This document shows positions 48,201-56,099 of a stretch of 64,000 nucleotides of DNA, piece by piece. The stretch's first letter is position 1. Each line of letters begins with the position of its first letter. Under the pieces are notes generated by a model, which did not search any database, was not told where the DNA came from, and saw only the letters and a list, made by a program, of their open reading frames with translations. This stretch comes from a virus, in the IMG/VR virus record IMGVR_UViG_3300031952_000005, positions 1 to 64,000 of that record; one strand, given 5' to 3'. Both the position numbers and the translations under genes were made by a program.

Positions 48201-51200
48201 AAATACTACACCTTTTGACAAGATAGAGTTATTCAAATAGATAACTTTGTCTTTAAACATTCCTAGTACGTTACCATCAATACTTGACAAATCAATTATA
48301 CTTGCAATTTCTTCTTGACTGATACCAAACTGAGGAAGATTTTCTTGTAACCATTGTACAGCATTCTGTCTTTCTGCTTCTGTTTCTGTTTGTACTTCTG
48401 TATTAGAAATAGAAAACATTTCATTTTCAGGAATATCATCTATAGTAACATTATTACTGTCTGTTACAATAATAGGTTGAGCTTGTACAACAACAACGTT
48501 TTCTACAGGGTGCTGTGTAACTTCTAATGGACTTTTATTAGATAAAGGTATTCCAGCAGCAGTTGGAGATTTTGAAGTGATTACAAGACGATTTCTTGGT
48601 ACATCTGATATATTAAAACTATTTACATTTCTTTCATAATCTTTTTTTGCTTGTGTGTCATTTAAATCTGAAAATACAACACGAGAAACTTGTTTACCTT
48701 CATCATCAATATCTACTACTAAATGTTTTGGTTCTGGATAGTCATTCATAAAGTTTTCAATAAATCCAGGATATTTTTTACCATTTTCTAGTAACTGTCC
48801 AATAACTTTATTAATTATTAATTTTGAAAACCCTTCTTGTTGTTCTTTTATTGCATCAATTAATTTTACTACATTAGGAGAAGAATTTGTATTACTATAC
48901 ATTTCATTTACCATGGAGTAAAACTTTGCAAGATCTTTTTGTTTGTTTAAATCTAATTTAGAAAATGCAATATTTTCTGCAACAACATCTGCTACTAATG
49001 AAGCATTGCCTCTTAGTGTACTTGCAAATGCTATTATTTTTCCTTCTTCACCATTAACAATTTTACCATCTACTACTCTTGGACCAAACGTAAAGTTAAA
49101 ATCTGATTTGTTATCTTCTATAAAACCATACTTACTATCTTTTGATTTATTAGATGGTCGTACTTCAATTTGCAAATGTCCATTTTGATCACTTGCAAAA
49201 TTTATAAATAATTCTACTTTTTTATTTGCTGATGCAAACGCTTTAAATTTGTAAACTTTTCTATCAAATGATTGTAATTGTAATTTTCTATCAGCAGCAT
49301 TTAATACATCAGATAACGTAGTTATAAATGTAGCAAACCCTTCTACTTGTGATAATACATTTACAGGAGATACTGCTCGCCATCCATATGTACCATTATT
49401 ATTAAACCTTATAATAATATGTCTCTGCGTATTATAACTACTACCTTTAAATATTTGATCTTTAATGTATGAATCATCAAGTTTTATTCTAGAATCAAAA
49501 TGTGAATTTACGTATTCTTCCTGTGTAACAATATCTTGTACATTACCTTGATTATCTTTTACAACAATTCTTTCATTAGAATTTAGTGTATTTAATAATC
49601 TAAATTTACTTTGTTTTGCTTTTTCAGGATAGTTTCCATCCTTATTTTTTTTGTCAGAAAACTTAGTAAATGCAAATACTACATTACGCTCTTCTTCTTT
49701 TATAGTTTTACCAACCTGGTCAATAGTGGCAATAGTTAATTTACGTGATAAATTTGTTTCTTCTTCTATTACTTCAGAAAGATTTTTAATTTTTGTGTCA
49801 CCTGTTTTTTGAGAACCAATGTTGTACTGAGAAAAGAATTGTTCTGTTACATCAACAGAATTTACATCATCAGTAAACTGAGGTTCTACAATTGCTGATA
49901 GTTGCTCTTTAAAGTCATTGTATAACTCATAAGCGTTTTTCATTGTGTTAATATCGTTCTCATCTAAACTATCTGTAGTATTATCATTTAATCTTTTGAT
50001 AGACAGTTCTTTAACTTTTTCAAGATGTACAGGATTTGAAAAATCTATTTTTTGTGAAGTGTTATCACTATTTAAAAATACATAGTTATCTAATGGATAC
50101 AAGTAAAATTTTTCACCAGTACCAATTATCTCACCAACTAATGCAAATTTACTTTCAGATTGTTGTGGTCTAGCAACTGTAATAACAGTTCCTTTTGAAG
50201 TTGATTTTAAATATTTTATTTGAGTTTCATTTTCAAATGTTTCATGTGTTCTGTTTGCAAGTCCTTTATATTTTGGATTAGTTGCAGCAAGTCCTTGTAT
50301 TCTACTGATACGATCATCACCAACAGTACTTAATGAAACAGCATGTATTCTTACACCTGCTGATGGAAAACCTGTTTTAGCAAGATTCTTTAATGCATCT
50401 TCAACTTTTTGTTGTAAACCAATTTCACTTCTTATAGGTTTAATAGTAAAGTTAGATGATATTCTATCCTGATAAAATTCTTGTTGTCCTTTGTTACTAT
50501 TAGATGTATCATCATTACGTGCAGGTCTTTCTGTTAAAATATCTTCAGCATCAAGTTTAAATTCATCACCATTTTCAGTTGTTATAAATAATCCTTCAGG
50601 TTTACTTGTTGCTTCAACCATGTTATTATCCTTAAATGTAACAAGAACAGTTTTTAATTCAGCAAGATCTGATATATCTCGTATTGCAATAAAATCAGAT
50701 TGTTTATTTAAAGATTCTATAACAGAGGTCATTCGACTTAATAAAAAACTTTTGTTATCAAAATTATTTATAACATCTCTTAGTTCAGATGTAATATAAA
50801 TTAATATAGTATTTTTTGTTTCAAGATCTTCAAAATCATTTGTGTTAAAATAGTTATTAATCATTGTGAGTACTTCTGTAAGATCATCACCAGTTATAAC
50901 TTTTTTATTTTCAAGATTTAGTATTGCTCTTTGAATTGCTTCAACTTTTCCAATAGGTGTTTTCTTAACAGTATATAATGGAGATATTGAAGAAAGAAAA
51001 TTATCAGCATCAGATAATAATATTTTTGCATCAATGATTTTTTCTGCATTTCCTACTTCATAAAATGATTGATCTAATCCATTTAAACCAACATATATTT
51101 CTGCAATAGAAAATAAAGAAAGTGATTTTTCATAATTAGAAAGACCACTTTTTAAAATAAACTTTGCAGTATTGTCAAAGTTCTTATATGTTTCAGGATT

Positions 51201-51263
51201 TAGTTTGATTAAATTTCTTACAACTGATACAAATTTGTCAGTTGATAATTCACATTGTTTCAT
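39219..51263 (-). CDS. Virion-packaged RNA polymerase (crAss-like, phi14:2 gp66-type) fused to a zincin-like domain
   Basis: RIPTEDKRS and catalytic AGSDFDVDS (43194-43208); FDGQS; FHEAFH (48186-48200) followed by EEILADGF. Confidence 0.9.
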   Translation of the reverse strand: MKQCELSTDKFVSVVRNLIKLNPETYKNFDNTAKFILKSGLSNYEKSLSLFSIAEIYVGLNGLDQSFYEVGNAEKIIDAKILLSDADNFLSSISPLYTVKKTPIGKVEAIQRAILNLENKKVITGDDLTEVLTMINNYFNTNDFEDLETKNTILIYITSELRDVINNFDNKSFLLSRMTSVIESLNKQSDFIAIRDISDLAELKTVLVTFKDNNMVEATSKPEGLFITTENGDEFKLDAEDILTERPARNDDTSNSNKGQQEFYQDRISSNFTIKPIRSEIGLQQKVEDALKNLAKTGFPSAGVRIHAVSLSTVGDDRISRIQGLAATNPKYKGLANRTHETFENETQIKYLKSTSKGTVITVARPQQSESKFALVGEIIGTGEKFYLYPLDNYVFLNSDNTSQKIDFSNPVHLEKVKELSIKRLNDNTTDSLDENDINTMKNAYELYNDFKEQLSAIVEPQFTDDVNSVDVTEQFFSQYNIGSQKTGDTKIKNLSEVIEEETNLSRKLTIATIDQVGKTIKEEERNVVFAFTKFSDKKNKDGNYPEKAKQSKFRLLNTLNSNERIVVKDNQGNVQDIVTQEEYVNSHFDSRIKLDDSYIKDQIFKGSSYNTQRHIIIRFNNNGTYGWRAVSPVNVLSQVEGFATFITTLSDVLNAADRKLQLQSFDRKVYKFKAFASANKKVELFINFASDQNGHLQIEVRPSNKSKDSKYGFIEDNKSDFNFTFGPRVVDGKIVNGEEGKIIAFASTLRGNASLVADVVAENIAFSKLDLNKQKDLAKFYSMVNEMYSNTNSSPNVVKLIDAIKEQQEGFSKLIINKVIGQLLENGKKYPGFIENFMNDYPEPKHLVVDIDDEGKQVSRVVFSDLNDTQAKKDYERNVNSFNISDVPRNRLVITSKSPTAAGIPLSNKSPLEVTQHPVENVVVVQAQPIIVTDSNNVTIDDIPENEMFSISNTEVQTETEAERQNAVQWLQENLPQFGISQEEIASIIDLSSIDGNVLGMFKDKVIYLNNSILSKGVVFHEAFHGVFRYLMTPEQRSRLIDAVSSNKKHKSAFTPAALKKFASEKNYVYEYDKMFQLQAEEILADGFQNYMNKNTKPQGLVAKLFELLKKLIDMFTQRSNLVDSTYKNIKRGYYKSEQIQSELYDGQAAYELIPGLKKIINDKYSSSGVSQSPTTLLKAEQNQLVYMMTKYVIENTSGQTFDAKFKTAQTLLLEKVYNLDELIKKNPGKEKQVLEQYSNLVSQYRFMLGARLNNETVNDINNSGNAAYKGKVLPNKVKQYEADPLDNNLGQVSVEVLKKLVKKKTQELYSLLDGTGTAIDKNTLLKELAGENEKKSQVDEDFEDGEEISDDINIDEGFGEHNRLDSAPRQLRRFLGIISYEKEDTESGILFPRVIDGESIFGSLLKISADVKVDEIINNMQVTAKIYKEDGNFDAAADLQAIYNQLKEYTGMDTNGNPSTNKELYNMFIDVLHGTEIEYVMLNARLKTAEIEEAGNNIESFTLTDRVLQADALKKRRDMVSSMITTHAKKRTDPEYVTAVKRLVTLSENIINKKILIGSLLNANTVLETMTFELYNAFKDVGITLPKSLIRMSILAIDKIDNLNGALENIDKKTLDHYATNSAMIADKAYLEKQFFRSIKSIYDPVINESISSNAFGKTLDENNKNLGAFFNISTRFAKYILKYDATDLPSVFRNAAGKPVYRYTKYTPLILTGQSLRREGLKDTLRTDPYYDDFLEDFYNDNPLFGDLLKDKTSKQATIAKLLLDNTNISLFGGVAQMNNQTYKEGKTFGKLDKQSFHVMSILSFLQRTTVSSYETVVDEDGNITTPKTSIQTFLRTFDTLEASQTNFLITSLYQTYADKNGLVKDGKNLKIVNDLEGKVKQEFNRIKKEWNRREVNKKNFDDGSSNKLINNYNGVLSKDDKTRATVDSENLRAYNFNYLPYFFANAKNELLTSKLLEYAKDDKASFEDIDESTLADLRQGLNDFALEELNTYINTLKKLGVVNEKEESVKAIKKDPATGKVIEEEGYPVVFETKQPSLRYLTSSLIADTLKIDNNLAVSTTSVYANTKPNYNVQGVLESRADLNGLLADFFFNQWYNSLMVNELYTGDKAMNVKDGIDSTKRNKKFLASGSTMKEGKHTVAYLNTLFGYINEEHPNYGPFYSPQEVLDDIQIPDETIRKTIYENFKLNQKVFDGQSISSLFHQADMHESLGRLTPEILHSIIAKHYRELTEEEVLKMEKNKVVNNPKKTVTASRNIYHKQSESYIDRNDVSILIIPEGMTRDQVYDNLHDKYMTIYALRKQIQEHHKINKDGSVSSNIEELEQQIQKTYLEIHAKYEPNRIKLHKILNSMEYHNIDQIMDTEASKNATKLPVDYFAHADNDYLPLNISSLKVNNEDKYLQVETSGVHDTARFSVQGKILLPADLNYIEELANKRHAEAGTIMSSTERKAMNELGDSLLKYQESLYDISDSNLQSLQHFLRKGEDFDLGKVFDLIRENLEQQNAPSSVLKLFDVDAFGKPVHSPNLPGIRSMLEYYFFSLYSKHITDEKGSGFKNIHVSSFGYDVREDENGEVITTEEYRNNPGKYRNTKVRPLGVRIEAEYDDAGELVSKKYFVECILPKQFFRSQQQEDFFMENLREMFALRIPTEDKRSMIVLKVVDYIDSSHINSIIVPQFIHLLAGSDFDVDSLYGQTFAHYVNAVGDYAKYGNYNIYKSPAQGKFIEYIHYRADDENFRKLISAKRKALTETNNFSVSANALEVMYAMGYTQEDYIKAMTSGIYEELESYEEDLQDDIKQIKSEKKVVKQAFVQSIEDTENDPDDYLAKANRRKFGKEHFDLKTELDETYQDLKKTRDEKRRLRTFANGSLRIEAALQVFEKYGLPVDQANFDSNIVNHLSVLPIHQNKNLQAKIDILSNEAVFKNLYIHETSSTEYFESIVTGYGRDLDNFGPKSDPNTITSVIESKALGAAYKDMIGIAASLQKFLALASQYELELNSDNVIWKYASNDLQSDGSTVVTQNNLFKFGVINKNGQRVIMLNGVVLGIAADGMKKPIPAALGMNEINTGVTLAMIGIGLDPAFAFGFNFIPEINNAINKVQASRFAVSDSISTEFKFLTNELKTEMEDFIKNNGNAALLNELKDAGLITQDSFPGNVKINKENLMIDFQQNALNESRLESNTLTVEDIGFTVSSHIKGVTTLLSNEAQKVILLQLYKEQTQQTWGIRNAGSLVNLYKKINPTFISFDKLQRSINELRNGESMFTKESSDKLFDGKQAWVPLADAMNDLDEQAGKIFLERTLFFQPIKNAFETVYTDSSNIARLITSFIAIRKYQISVPGSRKSTNPSMQASFDEDDKNLINTFKADQWFTNSIEKELDAMKTEYPENRFLQFLKVSNSKSTVLTTDGENIQEKTLEMVSKAKIAGELADNIADDAYFLLQQENLFMKKLFYHELARTGLQYKSGSFLQYLPADLQIPLSKNIEEFIKILDNAQGNKKELVDAIQDYISTPDNPATQEDVYKLFDDLFVLMAYGASKEVGNKKIKSTSNKKSNTISFNQSEGFSSKLMKNINFKTTDVNERTAIANEIVGKVLGLTLSPTQKSFLLTDTIFGADQKLEEIIINMKGANEMEETTSGAIAAIGEKLNIFKDKDEKNKYKFPIMLRMGKTTFLLQGVDSQIYNQSFGKSVINSISGTGEFKTVGNAAKYVALPMELAVNTISPIGFSVAESKRYTSLVNKKARLDVSEVDVAEEMTQGLTADMFEDYSVKPKTPVILTLESIFKEYTIDQLKQGVSLRSLQDKIEQKDFDTIKQAYNFLKAEEKYNTVKSNNEKINKELESLRQQLTGATETTVGSILTVYNDDNSSEYKIKVLEIERYTDYAIVKGRAAKNKEYTIKIDKDGYTKTGSVDNFVFKAVNAAEKQNIITKINNLKTSLETLKSDPTDYYVDYFETTTPSKLDLDIQNINVTFDMVKYFYDQSATGKSFDTYSTEFAAYAANLKTTGMTNQEIIEKLKCL

Positions 51264-51281
51264 AAGAATAATTTTTTTTAA

Positions 51282-54200
51282 TTATTTGAAGCAAGAAAGA
51301 GCATCTTTCAGTTGGTCAATTATTGAGGCGTCAGTAATAATGTCCTCCTTTACAAATTTACTAATTTCTTTTGACTTTTCTGCATTTACAGTTTTGAAAT
51401 CTTTAAGTTCCTCATTTAATGATTCTAACATGTTGCGATTAGTTGACAATACATTAGGAGTATTTACTACATCAAACAAATCAATTTGTTGTTCTTTACC
51501 AGCAGTAGGTGCTTTTTTCTTTGGTGCATACTTGATTGGTTTACCAGTTATAACAGATTCACGTATTCCTTCAAGTTTAGTTTTACCTTCTTTTATTGAT
51601 GCATATTCTTGTAATGTTTTAAAGTCAGTACCATTTTTACTATTATGCACTTTCATAGATTTTTCACCACGCGCTTGCATACTACTATACATCATAGTAT
51701 CTAGTTTGTCTTCTGGATTAGTCAATGCACTATCCATAAATGTTTTTACAAACTCAATATCCTTTCTAGTATTATTAGCAGAATCTACAATTTCCTGTGC
51801 TTTTACTTCTGTCTCAACAGTTTGTACTACATTATCATTTTTATCTTTTACATCAAATGTTTGTTGAGTATTTGTTTGAACAACAAAAGATTCTTTAGTC
51901 ACTGGTTCAACAGCAGGTAAATCCATCATTTGACGAAGTAAAGCACTTTGATCTAATGCATTTTCATTTTCTTCAGGAGCAGCATTTACATTTGGAGTAG
52001 GAGCTGGCGTAGGTGCAGGAGTTACAATTGGTGCAGGTTGTGGTGGTGTAGGTGGTTCTTCTTCTTCTACATTAACAACAGGTTCTTCAGGTATTTCTTC
52101 TACTGGTACAACAGGTGCACTTGATGCAGAAGTTTTATTTATTATTTTATTTAACGCTGCAAGTATATATTGTTTTTCAAGTAATATATCATCAATTTGT
52201 TCTTGAGTACCGTCGATAGTTAATTCATCATAAATTTCATTTACCTCAGTAAGTTCATGTCGTAACTCAAGTTCTGACATATCCAAGTATTGTTGTCCAG
52301 GTGTTGTCTCAGGAATTTCGTGTACAGGATCTTCAGATGTATTTAGTAAACCATTAGCTGCAGCAACTGCTTCTTCTTCAGTTGCATGTCCTTGTGTAAT
52401 AACTGTTTTGTTACTATCCATAACACCAAATGTACCATCAGGATCTTGAAAAGTTTGATTATCTAAATTTACTGGAGTAATATTTTGTTTAGCAATTTCT
52501 ACAAGTGCTTCAATTGATTGTTTAAATTGTGATGAGTTTACAAGTTTTTCTTCATTAGGACCTAGTGCAATTTCACCACGAGCAATTTTATCTACAAGTA
52601 ATTGTTCTTTAACTGGTTCAATTTTACCAGTAGCAATCATTTGATCATACTCTTCATCTGTAATGTCTTCTACATACTCGTTTGGTGCATACTTTTTAGT
52701 TATGTCAGCAAACTTTGCAATCATGTTATCTTTAAGATCATCAAACAACTTTTGTGCATACTCACCATTTGCAATACCAAGATTTGGATCAAGTGATATG
52801 GTCAATAAGTTTTTATAGTTTTCATCTTCATACAGCATGTTTATTACTTCAAAACCAATTTGCACTTTATCTGATTGATTAAATGCACCATTTACTTCTT
52901 CTAAACTATCAAGTAATCCACCTTGACCATATACACTTGCGTATATATCAAGTTGAAATCTATTTAAAAATGATATAATTTGAAACTTCATTTTACCATC
53001 AGACATTTTGCTAATAGCATACTTAAAGTTTTTAGGATTCATCAATGTATCAACAGCACTCATGTAATCTTTTGTGTCTTTATCAAGTTTCATATAATCT
53101 ACTAACTTGTTATGCACATCACGCATTGCTGTTTCAGATATTTCAGTATCAACACCTGCCTGTTTATTTTTTACATTTAATAGTTTTCTAAATACTTCGA
53201 TTACTTCTGCATCATGTGAGTCAAATGTAGTATTAGTACTTGCAACATCTTCACCATCTTCATTAGTAACTGTTTGTACTTTATCTAATCGTTTACCAAC
53301 AAATGTATCTAGTACAACATTATCTCTTGTTACAACTTCTCCTTCTTCGTTTAAAGCAATACCTACATCAGTACGTTTACTAAAGTAAGACTGCCACTTT
53401 TGTAAATTTTCTAGTTCATCTTTCTTATCTTCAATTTGCTTTTTAATTTTAGGTGTCAGTGATGCATCAGTATTTTGTTGTAAGTTATTTTCATATATTC
53501 TTAATTCAGACATGATGTTACCTAATTCATCATTAAGTATTTTAGGATCTGTTAATACACGTATAACATAATCTGAACTAGTAGCAATACTTGAGTTGCT
53601 TAATAACTCTTGTGATATTTGACTAGCACGTTTTGCAGTCATATCACCTTTGACAGCATTCATTGCAATTATATGAACAGCATCTTCTTCTGCAGAACGA
53701 GCAATCATTGCTGTATAATGTTCTTTACTACCTGGAGTATATAAACTAGGTTCTGTAAAATTCTTTATCTTATTTCTCAGACCATCTGTTACGTCAGAAT
53801 ATTTTTTAATATCATTTGCCAGATTCTTAGAAAAGTCTAATGGTGTTGCATACTTAGTATCTTCTAGTTTAACACCAAATGATTTTTCAAAATCCTCATT
53901 ACTCATGTCCACACCCATCTCACGAACAGCTCTTTGCAATACATCGATAGAATCTGTACGTTTAGCGGCAGATATTGCAGATACTAATGCATTATCTCTA
54001 CTATTTTCAAATTCATATTGTAAACCTTTTGCTGCAGCTTCTGCTTGATTCTGTCCTTCTTGTACTTGATTAACAAAATTTACTATTTTATGTTTAAAGT
54101 TTCTTTCTTCTGTTTGTTTGAAGAAAGTATTTAAATATTCTATGTCTTTATCAAACTGTTTTTTAACAGCAAGTACAGGATTATCTCCAGGAGTTTTTGC

Positions 54201-56096
54201 ATATTGACGCTCACTCATTTTGTCAGAGATACCTTCTAATGCTTTTGTTGTAACATGTACAGGTAATCTAACAAGTGTTCCTGTTAATGCACCCATCAAG
54301 AATGTTTTTAATCCTTGTTTACTTATCTCATCTTCAAATGCTTTACCAAATGATTCACTTAGTATAGAATTAGATTTCTGATACTGACCAACATAATAGT
54401 CTTTCCAACCATTTGCTGATATACCTTGCATGTTTTCTTGTAAACCTTCTACAAGTTCAAACCTTGCCATGTCTTTAAAGAATGCTTTACCTACTTGATA
54501 GGTTGCTTCTTTTTTACCAAAGTCTTTTGCTATTTGTCCAGTTACACCATACGCTCCAGCAAATCCTTTTTTGTAAAATTTCTTTAATCCATTCTTTTCT
54601 ACTAGTAATAAGTTATCTTTTGTTGCTTCTACCAACTCACGCATAGTTTTGTTTGCTGGTATAAACTTATTAAACATATTACCAAACTGTAACTTGTTAG
54701 TTGCCAGTAAGATAGCCATGTTTGTTTTGTAATTAGCTCCACTTGAATCCATTGAGATTTTTCTCATTTCTTCAAACTGAACTTCATTAGGATCATCACC
54801 ATTATTACTATTACGATGATCTTCAATAAGTTTGTTTAATGTATCACCATAAGAAGACACTGCTTCAAAAGATGATTCTGTCGCAGACATATTTAGTTCT
54901 TGTGCAACACGTCTAAGACCTTGTGCACCTATACCAATAAGTTTACCAGTAGAAAGTCCTGCTTCTACACCAGCTGCAACTCTTTCACCATATCGTATAC
55001 CACTACCTAGTAATGGTAATCCTCTTGCAACATTGCCAGTTAACTCAGCAATGCTTTTTGATTTCATTATACCTGGCAAATTACCACTAAATACAGTAAA
55101 CGTATCATTTAATGCTTGACGTGCAACAGAACCAGATACATTTGCAATTTCTGATGCTTCTCCTATTTTGTTTAATAATCTGATTTCTTCTGCAGATTTA
55201 TTACCTAACGTAAATCCTTGTGCAACATCTCTAAAAATATTTGTTTTTGTTGCAAGTGCTTCTGCAGATTCTCTTGCACCAACTTCTAGTGCATCCTTTC
55301 CCATCATTCTTCCAAATCCTGCACCAATTTTTGCAAAGGTAGGAGCAAATAATGCTGCGCCCGCACCACCTTCAGGAAGTGTTAATCCTGTAATTAATAT
55401 GTCTGCTGCAATTTCTAATGATAATGCACCAAATGTTCCAAGCATAAATCCACTACTACCTATAAATTCTGATATGGTTCCTTTAGTAAATATGCTATCT
55501 TGATCTTCAGGTGTTTGAAATACAAAGTTTTTTTGTGCATCTTTTTGGTCTTGATAATACTGTTGCATCATCTCATCTTCAGATGGCATAAGTAATGACA
55601 TATCCATGTTTGCTATTGCAGAACCTATTCTACCATAACCAATAAAGTTTTCTTTAAATGCTGCACCAAACTTACTTGACATAGAATCAAATCCTTTTGC
55701 AAGAGCAGTACCCCATGTTTCTTCTTTTAATGCTCTGTCAAAATTGGTAGAATCTAATGGGTTAAATCCACTAGCATTAAATGATTCTTGTTGTGTAAAA
55801 TTTGCAATAGTATCTGCATCCTGATATCTTACCCCAGGTGACTCTTGATAAGTCATAGAATCAATAAGAGACTTTCCAGGATTTATTTCTCGCGCAAGTT
55901 GTTGGGCACTTGCATTTTGTGCGTTACGCATTGTTTCTGCAAATGATCCATCACCAGGACCAGTAGGTATATTTTCTGGTACTATATTGGTGTTATTTGC
56001 TTGACTTTGTGATGACATTATTGAGGCAAAATCCTGTTGTTGATTTGCATCTGTAGCGTTTAATGATGCTGCTTCTAATTCTGTATTTTCTGCCAT
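51282..56096 (-). CDS. Giant virion cargo/ejection protein with Gly/Ala-rich membrane-like segments
   Basis: 1604 aa; hydrophobic Gly/Ala helices, EGLQE..Q motif, Pro-rich linker; upstream of the RNAP as in crAss-like phages. Confidence 0.7.
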   Translation of the reverse strand: MAENTELEAASLNATDANQQQDFASIMSSQSQANNTNIVPENIPTGPGDGSFAETMRNAQNASAQQLAREINPGKSLIDSMTYQESPGVRYQDADTIANFTQQESFNASGFNPLDSTNFDRALKEETWGTALAKGFDSMSSKFGAAFKENFIGYGRIGSAIANMDMSLLMPSEDEMMQQYYQDQKDAQKNFVFQTPEDQDSIFTKGTISEFIGSSGFMLGTFGALSLEIAADILITGLTLPEGGAGAALFAPTFAKIGAGFGRMMGKDALEVGARESAEALATKTNIFRDVAQGFTLGNKSAEEIRLLNKIGEASEIANVSGSVARQALNDTFTVFSGNLPGIMKSKSIAELTGNVARGLPLLGSGIRYGERVAAGVEAGLSTGKLIGIGAQGLRRVAQELNMSATESSFEAVSSYGDTLNKLIEDHRNSNNGDDPNEVQFEEMRKISMDSSGANYKTNMAILLATNKLQFGNMFNKFIPANKTMRELVEATKDNLLLVEKNGLKKFYKKGFAGAYGVTGQIAKDFGKKEATYQVGKAFFKDMARFELVEGLQENMQGISANGWKDYYVGQYQKSNSILSESFGKAFEDEISKQGLKTFLMGALTGTLVRLPVHVTTKALEGISDKMSERQYAKTPGDNPVLAVKKQFDKDIEYLNTFFKQTEERNFKHKIVNFVNQVQEGQNQAEAAAKGLQYEFENSRDNALVSAISAAKRTDSIDVLQRAVREMGVDMSNEDFEKSFGVKLEDTKYATPLDFSKNLANDIKKYSDVTDGLRNKIKNFTEPSLYTPGSKEHYTAMIARSAEEDAVHIIAMNAVKGDMTAKRASQISQELLSNSSIATSSDYVIRVLTDPKILNDELGNIMSELRIYENNLQQNTDASLTPKIKKQIEDKKDELENLQKWQSYFSKRTDVGIALNEEGEVVTRDNVVLDTFVGKRLDKVQTVTNEDGEDVASTNTTFDSHDAEVIEVFRKLLNVKNKQAGVDTEISETAMRDVHNKLVDYMKLDKDTKDYMSAVDTLMNPKNFKYAISKMSDGKMKFQIISFLNRFQLDIYASVYGQGGLLDSLEEVNGAFNQSDKVQIGFEVINMLYEDENYKNLLTISLDPNLGIANGEYAQKLFDDLKDNMIAKFADITKKYAPNEYVEDITDEEYDQMIATGKIEPVKEQLLVDKIARGEIALGPNEEKLVNSSQFKQSIEALVEIAKQNITPVNLDNQTFQDPDGTFGVMDSNKTVITQGHATEEEAVAAANGLLNTSEDPVHEIPETTPGQQYLDMSELELRHELTEVNEIYDELTIDGTQEQIDDILLEKQYILAALNKIINKTSASSAPVVPVEEIPEEPVVNVEEEEPPTPPQPAPIVTPAPTPAPTPNVNAAPEENENALDQSALLRQMMDLPAVEPVTKESFVVQTNTQQTFDVKDKNDNVVQTVETEVKAQEIVDSANNTRKDIEFVKTFMDSALTNPEDKLDTMMYSSMQARGEKSMKVHNSKNGTDFKTLQEYASIKEGKTKLEGIRESVITGKPIKYAPKKKAPTAGKEQQIDLFDVVNTPNVLSTNRNMLESLNEELKDFKTVNAEKSKEISKFVKEDIITDASIIDQLKDALSCFK

Positions 56097-56099
56097 GAT

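Noticed and set aside
51172-51867. 231-aa plus-strand ORF and other short antisense ORFs (e.g. 41785..42291, 37051..37458, 30241..30561)
   Set aside because: These are shadow frames of long minus-strand genes, with S/L/F-rich composition and no recognisable motifs.
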